DNA of 64,000 bases from a virus. Taxonomy: Duplodnaviria; Caudoviricetes. Below, in pieces: positions 12,401-22,261 of this stretch. The DNA lies in the IMG/VR virus record IMGVR_UViG_3300032330_001398. One strand, given 5' to 3'. The notes under the pieces were generated by a model. The model had not been told where the DNA came from and ran no database searches. It saw only the letters and a list, made by a program, of their open reading frames with translations. The first letter of the stretch is position 1, and every line of letters begins with the position of its first letter. A program made the translations under genes and the position numbers.

Positions 12401-13198
12401 ACTTTTAATTATTCAAGATCGGTTGATAAAATCAAATACGATGTTGATTTTAGAATACCAACCTATGCTTGGCCTCTAACTGATGGAGATGATAATAAAG
12501 TAATTCCAGTATATACAAATATAGATAAAGATACATTACTCAGACCAAAAGAAGAATGGAGAGTTAATCCTATACGTAGAGGACAATTATTAACCGGTGG
12601 TGGTTTTAGATATTTACAAAATGTTATTGGATTATCATACGAAGATCATAAAATAGCTAGTGGCGGTAAAGGGTTTGTAAAAGATAAAAAATACACTATA
12701 TCTAATAGCAATAGTGATATTGTTATTGTGGTTACTGATATTGGAAATGATGGCTCAATAAAAGAATTTGAGTTTGTAATAGACGAAGATAATAATGAGC
12801 TACGAGGAACAGGATTTCTACCATCGGATTTTGCTTCCGAATCGACTATAAATGATGTCAAATATACTGGATTTTTATTAACTATTCCAAATAGTAGCGG
12901 AGAAGAAGCTGAAATTGTTTTCCCAATGGGTAGAGTATATCAATTACTATTGAGAGACGATGGACCAAAAGAAAGAACCGCTAGTAAAGCGCCAATATTA
13001 TTAACATCACCAAGTGAAGATGGTAGAGCGGTAGTAGAAGGTACTCAAACATCAAGTGTTGATATTGAAGCTAATTCTGATGGACAATATGATGCATTTT
13101 ATTTCTTTCATAATGATATAACCCACACACCAACCATATATCGTAATGACACATATAGCGTTGGCATTGAGCAATATATCACAGTAACAATTACGTAA
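9494..13198 (+). CDS. Large putative virion structural protein
   Basis: 1234 aa ORF with AGGAG RBS, in the structural operon. Confidence 0.55.
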   Translation: MFQGNLGDNSRKHHTFTTINSDFEAASLNQFTLSYLYYFCKGNHSEIKKLNLITSTIKTFLLSAKERDEDAFISSFFSNIDSAYYYKFDKTVGRFIKTAFEVSKILSTITEFEKIKTQKNYKNNSILQTVRNIQLSSDGYLLLKSNISITVGETQIPIEFKLYFKDNIDTFTGARKMVSNTSNKFSGIPTRTTGGVWGASSTNNIENKQENIGVYASPSSPNSPIEQKVGELAMSWNSNTGKWEAGTQQIMAKLLTNIDKAPIKNVSIQPTDTANGKRFYDQSSDYYMGAFTTGLAIPLSVEKGNPYLFGPNCLQCTGGEQKIEKIRVVNRAPRSFKKGATVLCSRIDGEWIIQDFGFNPDDVAPLTSIGEWSFIKLIANSDDYFKDNRYVVANGRDVTIDQTLKQNISPNSYETKTRNRFYAHLSAIAGGDIVPPITDAEMLSDIKSIYPNILSQVGLQKTIRYNGFPSISGKLIDSKPDLYSIKTDAYNFEPNTKYFISTVFDQLGPQMGGNSPENFIARTNISNTTAVVDNRRNAIPFSFFWGPVFPDGYKNEDVTRVSLYSDRLEDELRFVTNNQSYFTGGNNVNPFSINSAFLTNYDLYSNDTVNAKEIPAEVGVLSSGNGIEDITQIMKYSSNKNFIEHTRGILNSNRFAYLLDSENAEVYDMQPISPNKIQFTPLHAEFAAHADQYSIYTTTYSKSWDRDFFNNTRSLLKTTYANIPHFWGKMFSRFVGPVSYYKNPSFPQTQKDGLDDPSFIYDQSKNGIIHEFDNVPYDYYINSTPTSKPKGITRLFHDNNSDFQGANLVGVIAAKNKFTKNGGGKINYSVEQFFGLRGDVSNATTGSDSIQYNNIGLGILAVVNALTGQTPLSRDKAGFATWGSDNSDKYDSFGTTALHVRVFDAWPNEQTIYDARYYAILHFNPGTILSIPESETVGDNVDTLTTKFGKQYSEWDTNGSSNYRKVSPATFNYSRSVDKIKYDVDFRIPTYAWPLTDGDDNKVIPVYTNIDKDTLLRPKEEWRVNPIRRGQLLTGGGFRYLQNVIGLSYEDHKIASGGKGFVKDKKYTISNSNSDIVIVVTDIGNDGSIKEFEFVIDEDNNELRGTGFLPSDFASESTINDVKYTGFLLTIPNSSGEEAEIVFPMGRVYQLLLRDDGPKERTASKAPILLTSPSEDGRAVVEGTQTSSVDIEANSDGQYDAFYFFHNDITHTPTIYRNDTYSVGIEQYITVTIT

Positions 13199-13202
13199 TT
13201 TT

Positions 13203-13219
13203 CGTGTATTACTATATAG
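13203..13219 (+). promoter_or_regulatory. Putative phage late-promoter motif CGTGTATTA-N-TAG
   Basis: Intergenic CGTGTATTACTATATAG; a near-identical motif lies upstream of the gene at 55257 (-). Confidence 0.4.
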
Positions 13220-13245
13220 ATTCCACAATATAGGGAGATTTTAAT

Positions 13246-13968
13246 ATGGCAGATATTAAATTTTATGGCAATATTTTTGGCGAACAGGGCGACGGCCAAT
13301 TAATAAATCACGGCGCTGGTTCCGGTATTGGATTTTATGGCAATGATCATGGGATTTCAGTTCCGGTAGGTTCTCAGCAAAGTACAACCTTCATAACCGA
13401 TGCTTTGGGAGCCAATAGAGGTCCAAGATTAAATAATACAGCAATGAATACTATTGGCGCTGGAGCAACAAAAGGCAAAGTTAGCGTCAATGGAACAACA
13501 GCTATTGATTTAGATAAATTGCCAAACTATTTATGTCCTCTTAATATTAGATTTACACATACTGATGCTGTTAAAGTTCAGAATTGTAAATTACGTATAT
13601 TTGATCGTGATAATATCGAAAAACACGCTAGCGGTGTTACTACCTATGTATATGAAGCTCGTCATCCTTCATCAGAAAATGTTACCAGCTTATCTCAAAG
13701 GGGTAGAGACTATTATACTTGGATGGAATTTGAATCGGACCCATTAATAGCAATAGAACAAATGGATCTTACACCATCTCCGGGTATGAGTGGTAAAAAT
13801 ACCACAACGGGAGATTCAGCTAGTCCATCGCTTGGTTGGATTACAACAGATGGTCCAGCACACGCATCTGTAAGACACGATTGGTATTTAGCTTTAAGTT
13901 CAGAGCCGGTTAGCATTGGAAGTAAAACTCAATACGGTCTATATTTCACCGCTGAATATGTAAGCTAA
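13246..13968 (+). CDS. Putative virion structural protein
   Basis: 240 aa Gly/Thr-rich ORF with GGGAG RBS; last gene of the + strand block. Confidence 0.55.
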   Translation: MADIKFYGNIFGEQGDGQLINHGAGSGIGFYGNDHGISVPVGSQQSTTFITDALGANRGPRLNNTAMNTIGAGATKGKVSVNGTTAIDLDKLPNYLCPLNIRFTHTDAVKVQNCKLRIFDRDNIEKHASGVTTYVYEARHPSSENVTSLSQRGRDYYTWMEFESDPLIAIEQMDLTPSPGMSGKNTTTGDSASPSLGWITTDGPAHASVRHDWYLALSSEPVSIGSKTQYGLYFTAEYVS

Positions 13969-14035
13969 TATGATAATTGAAATTTCGTTGTTTATTAGCC
14001 AAAAAAGAGAGCTTGTTTTGATTAAATAAGAGTTA

Positions 14036-14068
14036 GGGGGTGGTTTTAGCCACCCCCATATCTTTTTC
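14036..14068. terminator. Intrinsic terminator between convergent blocks (probably bidirectional)
   Basis: GGGGGTGG-ttttag-CCACCCCC hairpin followed by atatcttttt, at the +/- strand convergence point. Confidence 0.75.
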
Positions 14069-14091
14069 ATTTACAGGTCAAGCAAGATGCC

Positions 14092-14370
14092 TTAATAGTT
14101 GAAATTGAACCATCTGCACCTGTGTCCATAACCATGAACTACTGGTTGATAAGGATATCCCCAATATACTGTTGGGTAGACCACTACAGGAGCAACCTGT
14201 ACTGGCACAGGAACCGTAACAGTAAATGCTGGAGCATAATAAACCATAATTTGAACTGGTTGGGGTTGCACAATAACTGGCTGGGTTTGTACCGATACTG
14301 GCACAAGAGTTTCATAACCATAGCTAGTTGTTGCATACAATCCAACCAATAATGCCAAAATATACTTCAT
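14092..14370 (-). CDS. Small secreted Pro/Val/Tyr-rich protein
   Basis: N-terminal signal peptide MKYILALLVGLYATTSYG, low-complexity PV/Y body, AGGAG RBS. Confidence 0.6.
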   Translation of the reverse strand: MKYILALLVGLYATTSYGYETLVPVSVQTQPVIVQPQPVQIMVYYAPAFTVTVPVPVQVAPVVVYPTVYWGYPYQPVVHGYGHRCRWFNFNY

Positions 14371-14382
14371 AATATCTCCTTA

Positions 14383-14718
14383 TTATTCTGCCTGTTCAGT
14401 CTTAGGATTCCACTTTACCCATCCACCGTCTGGTAGCCACTTGTTATCGTTATCCTTACGCTTTGGGAATAACCCGCCACCTTTCTTATGAACGCCAAAA
14501 GCTAGTCTGGCACTACATTTTGTGCAGCGAAGTTCATAATACTGATTGTCATCAACTGTGCGAACCACAAATTTAACATCATCAGAACCACATTTACCAC
14601 AAACAGTTTCCTCAAATACTTCTTGGAAACGACTTAGTTCAGTAAATAAGTCCTTCTGTGATTCTCCTTCGATCTCCGCACTAATTCTACCATTCTTTGT
14701 TGTATATGTAATTTTCAT
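14383..14718 (-). CDS. Zinc-ribbon hypothetical protein
   Basis: CGKC...CTKC motifs. Confidence 0.6.
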   Translation of the reverse strand: MKITYTTKNGRISAEIEGESQKDLFTELSRFQEVFEETVCGKCGSDDVKFVVRTVDDNQYYELRCTKCSARLAFGVHKKGGGLFPKRKDNDNKWLPDGGWVKWNPKTEQAE

Positions 14719-15479
14719 AGATCACGCCACCCTTCTTGATAACCTGTTATAGATGCTGGAATTGAATTTTTGTCCCGCTGGTAATCATTGAGCTTATCAA
14801 TAATATCACTAGCGACTTTCTTAGAAACCTTTTTGCCACTATCCACGTTAAATTCTTTGAATAGTTTCTTTCCATCAATATTGAGTTGCTTACACTTTAC
14901 ATCCATAAAGTTGTATTGTGCATCACTCATACGACTTTGTTCATTGTAATCACCGTCACTACTAGCCTTAGTGTTAGAGATTTCTCTAACAATCTTAGCA
15001 GTATCCTTCTTTGTTAGTTCTTCGGCAGCAACACCCTTAATCTTTAAAGCCTTTCGCAAAGCTCTAGCTTCTGCTCTTGTGCTAGCGATAGCAACAGCGT
15101 ATGCACAAAACATATCATCAGTGTTACCCTCCCAAGAGTCAGCAACTTCCGCATATCTCATACCATTAGCAAATTCTACTGAAAATATAACAGTAGCTCG
15201 ACCATGATGATCATCACGTTGAACTGGAAAAACTTGTGTTGGCCCACTAAAAACAATTGGACCTAGCACAAGTTCTGAAACACGCCTTAGACCAGCAACT
15301 AGAGGATGACCATCTATCAATTCTGATGGATCAAATAGTTTCATAGCATAATCATGCCATTCTGGAGATAGCATGGATGGTATTTCTGATCCTACCAAGT
15401 TCTTAACTGACGTATCAGTATTTGATGCTGTTTGTAACTCAACGCCAACGAACAAATCTTCATCTTGTGTGGTATTCAT
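14715..15479 (-). CDS. Putative ssDNA-annealing protein (Rad52/Sak-like)
   Basis: Beta-beta-beta-alpha core ending AIASTRAEARALRKAL, resembling the conserved helix of Rad52-superfamily annealases; assignment tentative. Confidence 0.4.
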   Translation of the reverse strand: MNTTQDEDLFVGVELQTASNTDTSVKNLVGSEIPSMLSPEWHDYAMKLFDPSELIDGHPLVAGLRRVSELVLGPIVFSGPTQVFPVQRDDHHGRATVIFSVEFANGMRYAEVADSWEGNTDDMFCAYAVAIASTRAEARALRKALKIKGVAAEELTKKDTAKIVREISNTKASSDGDYNEQSRMSDAQYNFMDVKCKQLNIDGKKLFKEFNVDSGKKVSKKVASDIIDKLNDYQRDKNSIPASITGYQEGWRDL

Positions 15480-16243
15480 ATTTCTATCTCAATGTACCTT
15501 TCTGATTTACTTGGAAACGACTTCTCTATTTTACTCAACTGCTTGAGAATGTCAAGCTTCAATTTCTCTTTACTTGCTAAACATACAGAATCCGATAAGT
15601 TCTTAACCCTAATAATGACCATGCCTTTATTTAAAATTAAGCCTGTCTTATGAAAGTCTGCTTTGATTTGTTTTTGCAGTTTCTCTTCTCCCCAGATTGG
15701 AAGAAAATGGGATGGTCCGTCTATCTCTATTATAGTCTTGAGGGCTGGCAAGTACATGTCGATTTCTAGATTTTCATTGACTATCAAGCCCTTTTTATGA
15801 TATTCTATCCTATAACCAGCATTACCCAATTCTGTTTGTAAAAATTTCTCTAATTTAGAACCCTCTTTCCCAGCTAATTGAATAGCTTTAATCGCTGCTG
15901 ATTGCATATTATCTTTTTCAACTTCTGTCATATTTGACCATCTAAATTTTGCTTGTTTAATGCGTGATTCATAAAGTTCTTCACTCATATTTTTCCAATA
16001 TTTTTGAAGACCAGAACTGATTTTTAATTTTTCAATATCACTTCTTTTTTTACCACTAGTTGGATGAATAGCAGTGCCTTGCTCAATAGCATTCTTTTGA
16101 GCTTCACTTTTTGTTTTTAAAGCAACACCGTTCTTGATGAGAATACGCCTTATCTTATTTGGATAAGTCTTGCATTCTTCTGCAATTTCATATGTGCTTT
16201 TATGATGATCTACATACATTTTCACGATTTTTAAATCGTCCAT
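15476..16243 (-). CDS. PD-(D/E)XK (DUF559/Vsr-like) endonuclease with N-terminal HTH and NUMOD3-like segment
   Basis: EIDMYLP..IIEIDGPSH nuclease motif; STYEIAEE HTH; GKKRSDIEKLKIS NUMOD3-like motif. Confidence 0.65.
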   Translation of the reverse strand: MDDLKIVKMYVDHHKSTYEIAEECKTYPNKIRRILIKNGVALKTKSEAQKNAIEQGTAIHPTSGKKRSDIEKLKISSGLQKYWKNMSEELYESRIKQAKFRWSNMTEVEKDNMQSAAIKAIQLAGKEGSKLEKFLQTELGNAGYRIEYHKKGLIVNENLEIDMYLPALKTIIEIDGPSHFLPIWGEEKLQKQIKADFHKTGLILNKGMVIIRVKNLSDSVCLASKEKLKLDILKQLSKIEKSFPSKSERYIEIEI

Positions 16244-16685
16244 CGCTATTCTCCACTATAATATTAACCATGTTGTTGAAATTATCAGAAATTCCTAACG
16301 CTTTCTGTCCTGTTATTCTGTATAAATTTTTCTCATCATTTTTATTTCTACATATCACTTTAACATTATTTTTAAGTAGCTCTATTAATCTTAGAGTATT
16401 TTTGGAGCTTTCCCAGTTGTAATAATAGTATAGGTCTATGTTATTAACAATTTTGGTAGCCATAAATGCGTTATCCAAAGTCATTGTTATTAAACACCCA
16501 TCAAAATTCCATAAATCTGTAGAATTAAAAAGACCACACTTAATATCAAAAGGAATATGAGATATTCCATCAAAAAATATACTAGCATCATCCACCATTG
16601 AGCCAACGGAAGTATTTATAATGTTAGAGACATACTTTAACTGTTCGGTATTTCCCAAGCTATCTACATAAATTCCTAAATTCAT
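16200..16685 (-). CDS. Hypothetical protein in GT cluster (possible degenerate GT-B N-domain)
   Basis: ORF, likely start MNLGIYVD; located in the GT cluster. Confidence 0.5.
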   Translation of the reverse strand: MNLGIYVDSLGNTEQLKYVSNIINTSVGSMVDDASIFFDGISHIPFDIKCGLFNSTDLWNFDGCLITMTLDNAFMATKIVNNIDLYYYYNWESSKNTLRLIELLKNNVKVICRNKNDEKNLYRITGQKALGISDNFNNMVNIIVENSDGRFKNRENVCRSS

Positions 16686-16686
16686 T

Positions 16687-17451
16687 CTATTTACCCTCTT
16701 CTGATTCTTCGGCAATTATTTTATAGCCATTATTTCTAATAAAATTCCAATACTTATTCATTCCCATATTAGCTTCTCCGCTCCAAGATATAGCATTTTT
16801 ATCTTCACCATATTGAGATGCTGTGTCTGGCATAGACCCCCACAAGGATTTATCATCAATAGGATGCTTGGGAATATATGTAAATAAACCAAAATGTTTT
16901 TGTGCAACATATGATAGATGCATATCTTCTCCATAATTCATTGGAACATTTAGTGGCATTTCAGCCCAAAATGCTCTAAGAATAGGTTTGGCGAAAAACC
17001 AAGAATGACAACCCATATCTACTCTTGTTGTTTCTTCATTTGGATTACACCACCCAACAGCCTTATAACTTTGTGGTGCTGGATACATTCTATCATGTTG
17101 CTTGTCAGCTATTACGCCTCTAGTTGAAAGAATCCCATCTTTCTCATTGATGGTATTGACACAATTCTCTAGCCACCTATCTCCCGGTATAGTATCATCA
17201 TCAATTATACAAATATGGTCCGTTCTAGCATTTAAAGCTAGCGAGAATCTTCCCCATACCCCATAATTACCATTTGAAACAATCGATTCACAGTTATTAA
17301 CAACTTCTTGTGGAAATTTATTGAGATCCTCCACAATATTTATCCACAACATTATTGATTGAGGTCTAAAAGTTTGTCTTAGAATAGCATCATACTGAGA
17401 TTGTAAAGTGTATGGTCTTTTATATCCACTTAGTATAACTGTTACTGACAT
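16687..17451 (-). CDS. Glycosyltransferase, GT-A fold (GT2-like)
   Basis: VTVILSGYKR start, IIDDD (DxD) motif, GEDMHLS acceptor motif. Confidence 0.8.
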   Translation of the reverse strand: MSVTVILSGYKRPYTLQSQYDAILRQTFRPQSIMLWINIVEDLNKFPQEVVNNCESIVSNGNYGVWGRFSLALNARTDHICIIDDDTIPGDRWLENCVNTINEKDGILSTRGVIADKQHDRMYPAPQSYKAVGWCNPNEETTRVDMGCHSWFFAKPILRAFWAEMPLNVPMNYGEDMHLSYVAQKHFGLFTYIPKHPIDDKSLWGSMPDTASQYGEDKNAISWSGEANMGMNKYWNFIRNNGYKIIAEESEEGK

Positions 17452-18296
17452 TGTAATCTTTCTATTAGTTGACCTAGTTTAACTACAGCCGTATGGCACG
17501 GTAATTGTGACAACAATGATTTTGTTCTATTTAAGCAAGTGTGTTTATTTTTAATGATTTCTTTTAGCGCTTTTGGATTAGTATCTTTAAACATATTTGA
17601 AATGATTTCTATCATCGGATCATTCTCATTGTCATTTTCATATGATACCTCATTTCCATAAAATACCGCATCATAAAAATACTGTGGTATAACTTTTCCA
17701 AACGGTTTAAAAATAATAGAATTATAACATGGATAGATATTGGATAAATACATGGTTGGCATAACTATATCAACAGCATTTACTAAATCATTATTTGTTG
17801 AAACATAGTGATAAGTTCCTTCTCTTTCTGTTATTTGGCTTTTAGACGATATCATGATACACTTATCTATACTATAGGATATCGATTTACTTCTACCCAA
17901 ATATACGTCAGCGCCATGATGAAGAACAAAAATATTAAACTTGCTTGAGGTTAAATTATGGTTTGAGTAATTGATAAAGAATAGTACTGAATTTATATCA
18001 TAGTGCAATAACATTGTTTCTACTTGAGATAGTTTTTCTTGATTAAGTCCGCTAATATTAACAACAACCTGTATGCTTGTTTTATCTTTTAGATAGCATA
18101 TTGTATCATGATTTATAAGCAGCGCGTGTGTTATATAGATATCTGGGTTAACAGAGTCAAACTTATCATAAACACTCATATTATTGCCTTGATGATAAAT
18201 AGATGATGAATAACCATCTATCGCATTAATGGTATTACTTAAATATAGAGGCTCTGTATTATTTATGGTGGAGTAATTATCTATAAGAAATTTCAT
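17442..18296 (-). CDS. Glycosyltransferase-like protein (divergent GT-B/CgeB-like)
   Basis: PDIYI motif and C-terminal KHTCLNRTKSLL, like the HTY..R terminus of GT-B enzymes; cluster context. Confidence 0.4.
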   Translation of the reverse strand: MKFLIDNYSTINNTEPLYLSNTINAIDGYSSSIYHQGNNMSVYDKFDSVNPDIYITHALLINHDTICYLKDKTSIQVVVNISGLNQEKLSQVETMLLHYDINSVLFFINYSNHNLTSSKFNIFVLHHGADVYLGRSKSISYSIDKCIMISSKSQITEREGTYHYVSTNNDLVNAVDIVMPTMYLSNIYPCYNSIIFKPFGKVIPQYFYDAVFYGNEVSYENDNENDPMIEIISNMFKDTNPKALKEIIKNKHTCLNRTKSLLSQLPCHTAVVKLGQLIERLQCQ

Positions 18297-18298
18297 AG

Positions 18299-19036
18299 CT
18301 ACCTCGTTATTGAATGATAAGTTTTTATATTGTTGATTTTTTTAACGCTATTTGTGTTCGTTAAACATTGTAGCTTGTGTTTTGTTTTAATTAATTCGTT
18401 GAGAGCTTCAAAGATGAATTTATTTTTATATTCTGACAACGAGATAATCTTCCTTAGCGTTTCAATTATTTCATAGTTGTCCAGATACAATACCTCAGAC
18501 CATATTTTATACGCCCCGAATGAAAAATACTGAACTTGATTTTTTTCATCAATATTTAGACCGATTTCCAAATTTACACACGGTGAAGATTCAACAAAAA
18601 CACAAGAGTTAGCGTTATGAACCATGGATAGTATATTATTGTTTAACAGTAGATTTCCATCACAAATCAATACTTTGTTATTATTTGTATTGTTTAATGA
18701 TAACCTAACTGATTCACAAGAGTTAGAATTTTTGAATAGTTGATTTTCCACTATTCTTATGTTTATATTTCCATATTTTGACTTGACATACTTGCAGGTT
18801 TTTTCAGCATCAAATCCTATACATAGGACTATTTCAAAATTATTGAATGTTTGTTTGATTGCTTCTATTTGAATATCGATTAATTTTTTGTTCGAAATGC
18901 TTATAAGAGATGTTGGGCCGTATGATTTCATTCTATAGCCGGGAGAATCGCTAAGTAAAATTACCGTAACAAGATCATCGTTACGAGATATTAATCTTTT
19001 AGCTTTTGGTGATGTTATACACTTATTTTTTATCAT
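18299..19036 (-). CDS. Sugar-phosphate nucleotidyltransferase-like protein (LicC/GlmU-like)
   Basis: VILLSDSPGYRMKSYGPTSLI resembles the GxGxRM..PK motif; ICDGNL. Confidence 0.7.
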   Translation of the reverse strand: MIKNKCITSPKAKRLISRNDDLVTVILLSDSPGYRMKSYGPTSLISISNKKLIDIQIEAIKQTFNNFEIVLCIGFDAEKTCKYVKSKYGNINIRIVENQLFKNSNSCESVRLSLNNTNNNKVLICDGNLLLNNNILSMVHNANSCVFVESSPCVNLEIGLNIDEKNQVQYFSFGAYKIWSEVLYLDNYEIIETLRKIISLSEYKNKFIFEALNELIKTKHKLQCLTNTNSVKKINNIKTYHSITR

Positions 19037-19770
19037 AATACATCTATAGATAAATTTGATTCCAATGATTTTTTAATAACACCCTGCACATTAATATCAT
19101 AATTAGTCTGATTGTTTATTGAGCTTTCGATCTTATATACCATATTAGATAGCACCTTTGTTGTGTTAAGATTAAACAAGGTGGCTTGTTTTATATCATC
19201 ATTTATTAGGTTATTTAGTTTGTACAATTGAGAGAGTTCAGATTTATTTGAAACATCAACTATTGTATGATACGTTGAATTAGATGACCATATGAGATTA
19301 TGAACATATTCATTTAGATCAATAGTTTCTGTTATTGTGCATCTAATAGAGCAAAATATTTTAAATACATTCTTCCTAATGTTTTTTGAGCTTAAATTAG
19401 AATGAACTAGTGAAATACTAATCTTATCATTATAGTAGTTCAAATTTTTTAAAGTGTCAATTATATTGTCTGTATCTATATCACTATCTAGATTGTTGCA
19501 ATCTATAATAACATCGAAGCTTATAGCTGATTCACTCTTTATCTTATCGATATCTAGTAAACCGTTATTCCACTTTGGATTTCTATAGTAATTGCAAAAA
19601 CGCTCTATTACATAAAATTCCTTTTCATCATCATAAGCTTCTAAAACAGATCCCTTGAACTTGTCTATTCTATTAAAAGAACAGCCAGTTTGGGTTTTAC
19701 CCTCATATATCGAACATAAACAATTCTTACAGCTAGTTTTTATTTGGCTGTCTGGAAGCTTTGATTTCAT
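19033..19770 (-). CDS. Hypothetical protein in GT cluster
   Basis: 245 aa, N-terminal CKNC..C..C, overlaps both neighbours. Confidence 0.5.
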   Translation of the reverse strand: MKSKLPDSQIKTSCKNCLCSIYEGKTQTGCSFNRIDKFKGSVLEAYDDEKEFYVIERFCNYYRNPKWNNGLLDIDKIKSESAISFDVIIDCNNLDSDIDTDNIIDTLKNLNYYNDKISISLVHSNLSSKNIRKNVFKIFCSIRCTITETIDLNEYVHNLIWSSNSTYHTIVDVSNKSELSQLYKLNNLINDDIKQATLFNLNTTKVLSNMVYKIESSINNQTNYDINVQGVIKKSLESNLSIDVL

Positions 19771-20164
19771 AAAAATGTCCTCTAATGTTAGCGGTATCTA
19801 TTGTTAGATTTCCCCTATTTAATAAATCGATGATATCTTTTGAGCTATATATGGCTTTCTTTTTAAAAATAGCTTCGTTGAATGTTTTACTATCTATTTT
19901 ACCAGCTATAACATCTCTCGCTATTAATTGTAACTCAACGCCACCAAGAGTAACAATGCATCCCATCCTCATTTTCCTAATTATACTAGTTAAAAATTCT
20001 TCTAGCAGATTAATTGGAATAGAATCTAAAGCATCTACAGCAACTATCTCTACTAAAGAATTATCTGGATATTTATTTATCGTATCTATTTTGCCATAAA
20101 TAATAGGAACCATGTCATATCCATCTATTATATTTTCAATATTCTCCGTGATATGGACTTTCAT
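19733..20164 (-). CDS. Truncated methyltransferase-like protein
   Basis: PDNSLVEIVAVDALD..IIRKMRMGC resembles the class I MTase post-I/II motifs; no glycine loop. Confidence 0.4.
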   Translation of the reverse strand: MKVHITENIENIIDGYDMVPIIYGKIDTINKYPDNSLVEIVAVDALDSIPINLLEEFLTSIIRKMRMGCIVTLGGVELQLIARDVIAGKIDSKTFNEAIFKKKAIYSSKDIIDLLNRGNLTIDTANIRGHFYEIKASRQPNKN

Positions 20165-21156
20165 TTTTTCGAAACCTCGTAAATAGTGTTAAATACTTTA
20201 TTCCATTTATCAATGAATGCTTGCTCTGAAAATTGATTAAGGATAGTATTCCTAGCTTCTTGACCAATATTCTTCCTAATATTCTCATCATCCATTATAA
20301 GTTTTAGATATTGTTTTAGTTCGTTCTCATCATTAGAAATATATCCATTTTTCCCATTTTGTACAATTTCTGGAATCATACATGTTGAAGTAGAAACTAT
20401 GGCACACCCACAAGACATTGCCTCTAACAAAGATGTTGGTATGGGGCTTAATGTTGAACTATTAAAATAAACACAGCATTTGTTGTATTCTTCTACTAAT
20501 TCTTCTGTTGATGAAGCTGAAACTGATAATCCGTCAGTTTCGCCAACTAATCTTGTTGATAATCCGCTGGTTACTCTTTTCCAGCCGCTATAATTTAAAC
20601 AGTAGTCACGATTAACAAAATCATTAGCAACTGTTAGTATATCTTTATTTTTTTCTATTTTAGCTGGTTTAAATAATTCAGTATCAATTCCATGATGTAT
20701 TACTGTTGATGGGGCATTTATATCCCACTCTTTTTGAGAGTATTCCGATATGAATACATTTATATCACCAATCATATTCCTCATTGCTTCGATATCTTTT
20801 TCTGATATGGTTTGAGGTGTAGGAAGAGTATGTTCTAATACTATAATTGGTAACATTAAAGATTGATTAATCTGTTTGGCTATTTGATATTGCCAAAATT
20901 TACTTTGTACTAATATAAAATCATACGATATGTATTCACAAACTCGTTCTTCTGGGAGAATATGATAATTTTGCGGTGTTTGTATTTGATTGGTATTCCA
21001 CTTTTTCCCATTCTTGATATTGAATGAATAAAAGTTATGTCCAGTTTTTGCTAACTGAGTCTCATATCTTTCATGAGTTGGAAATGTTAATATATTGTAC
21101 TTCTTGTCGCTTGAGGTATTACAAACGTCAATTATTCTTTTAACACTATTTATCAT
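20161..21156 (-). CDS. Glycosyltransferase family 4 (GT-B)
   Basis: IHHGIDTELF; PTSLLEAMSCGCAIVST; EIVQNGKNG. Confidence 0.9.
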   Translation of the reverse strand: MINSVKRIIDVCNTSSDKKYNILTFPTHERYETQLAKTGHNFYSFNIKNGKKWNTNQIQTPQNYHILPEERVCEYISYDFILVQSKFWQYQIAKQINQSLMLPIIVLEHTLPTPQTISEKDIEAMRNMIGDINVFISEYSQKEWDINAPSTVIHHGIDTELFKPAKIEKNKDILTVANDFVNRDYCLNYSGWKRVTSGLSTRLVGETDGLSVSASSTEELVEEYNKCCVYFNSSTLSPIPTSLLEAMSCGCAIVSTSTCMIPEIVQNGKNGYISNDENELKQYLKLIMDDENIRKNIGQEARNTILNQFSEQAFIDKWNKVFNTIYEVSKK

Positions 21157-22261
21157 TGAGTAGTTCCTTTATCATGCTCCCAACATTCTTATATGAAAAT
21201 TTTTCTGCAATTTTTGCACCGGCTCGTCTATCCAGACTTGATCTATTTTCATAATAGAATCTCATAGCTTTTTTAATTTCATGTTCGCTTGGAATAAACC
21301 ATTCTTCTCTACCGGTAAAAATATCCATAAATGCCGGATCAGAATGACTACATATTGAGTATATACCGTTGATAAGAGTTCCAGTATTTTTATCTTCACT
21401 ATCTATGAATTCTGCTGGGCCACCCTCTTTGCTACATATGGGAGTTTTTCCATATCTCATAGCGTCAAAAGATGGTATAGACCATCCTTCGCCGTGGGAT
21501 GGAGCAACAAAGCAATCACAAGAGTTATGCAATACATCGATGAGCTTATCATCAATATCATCACCAATAATTAGTTCTTTGTGATAGCTCTCAATGTTTT
21601 TATACATCCTAAGTTCTTTTTTGATGTTGGTACATAAACTCTCACAATGTTTAACAATGTCAACTCCAGATACTCCATGTTTTTTGATTTTTAGTACCAA
21701 AGACACTGGCTCAAAGTTAGCAAATTCGCTATGAAAACATCTTATGATTGATTCAATATTTTTCCTATCATTGAGTTCACCAATGTAATAGAATTTAAAA
21801 TTGTTATTCGGAAATTTTAGTTTTGACTCAATTGGGCATTTTTTTGTTACATCAAAAGCGTGTGGAACGATATTTATTTTTTTGCTAAATCCATCATATT
21901 TTAGACTTTGCATCAAATTTTTATTTGGAACCCAAACCTCATCCATATTTTGTAAACAAACAAACCAAGGATTATAAAGCGATGAACTAGATTCTCCAAC
22001 AAAATAAGCTATGTTTTTCTTAAATTTTTGAGTACCAACCATATGGTGAGGTAATACGTGCTGTATACAAACATCTATATTGTCAAGCGATTTATTTTCT
22101 AGTTCTAGTATGGTATTTGGTATTTTTGGATTATTGTTTGTTAGTTTTATATTCCTACATGTTACATCTATACCAACACTATTCATGGCTAAGATTAGAT
22201 CTATAGCCGCTTTGGACCACCCGCTTCCTTCTTTATAATGCCCTATATATAAAACTCTCAT
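21146..22261 (-). CDS. Glycosyltransferase family 4 (GT-B)
   Basis: RKNIESII; DCFVAPSHGEGWSIPSFDAMRYGK. Confidence 0.9.
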   Translation of the reverse strand: MRVLYIGHYKEGSGWSKAAIDLILAMNSVGIDVTCRNIKLTNNNPKIPNTILELENKSLDNIDVCIQHVLPHHMVGTQKFKKNIAYFVGESSSSLYNPWFVCLQNMDEVWVPNKNLMQSLKYDGFSKKINIVPHAFDVTKKCPIESKLKFPNNNFKFYYIGELNDRKNIESIIRCFHSEFANFEPVSLVLKIKKHGVSGVDIVKHCESLCTNIKKELRMYKNIESYHKELIIGDDIDDKLIDVLHNSCDCFVAPSHGEGWSIPSFDAMRYGKTPICSKEGGPAEFIDSEDKNTGTLINGIYSICSHSDPAFMDIFTGREEWFIPSEHEIKKAMRFYYENRSSLDRRAGAKIAEKFSYKNVGSMIKELLNDK

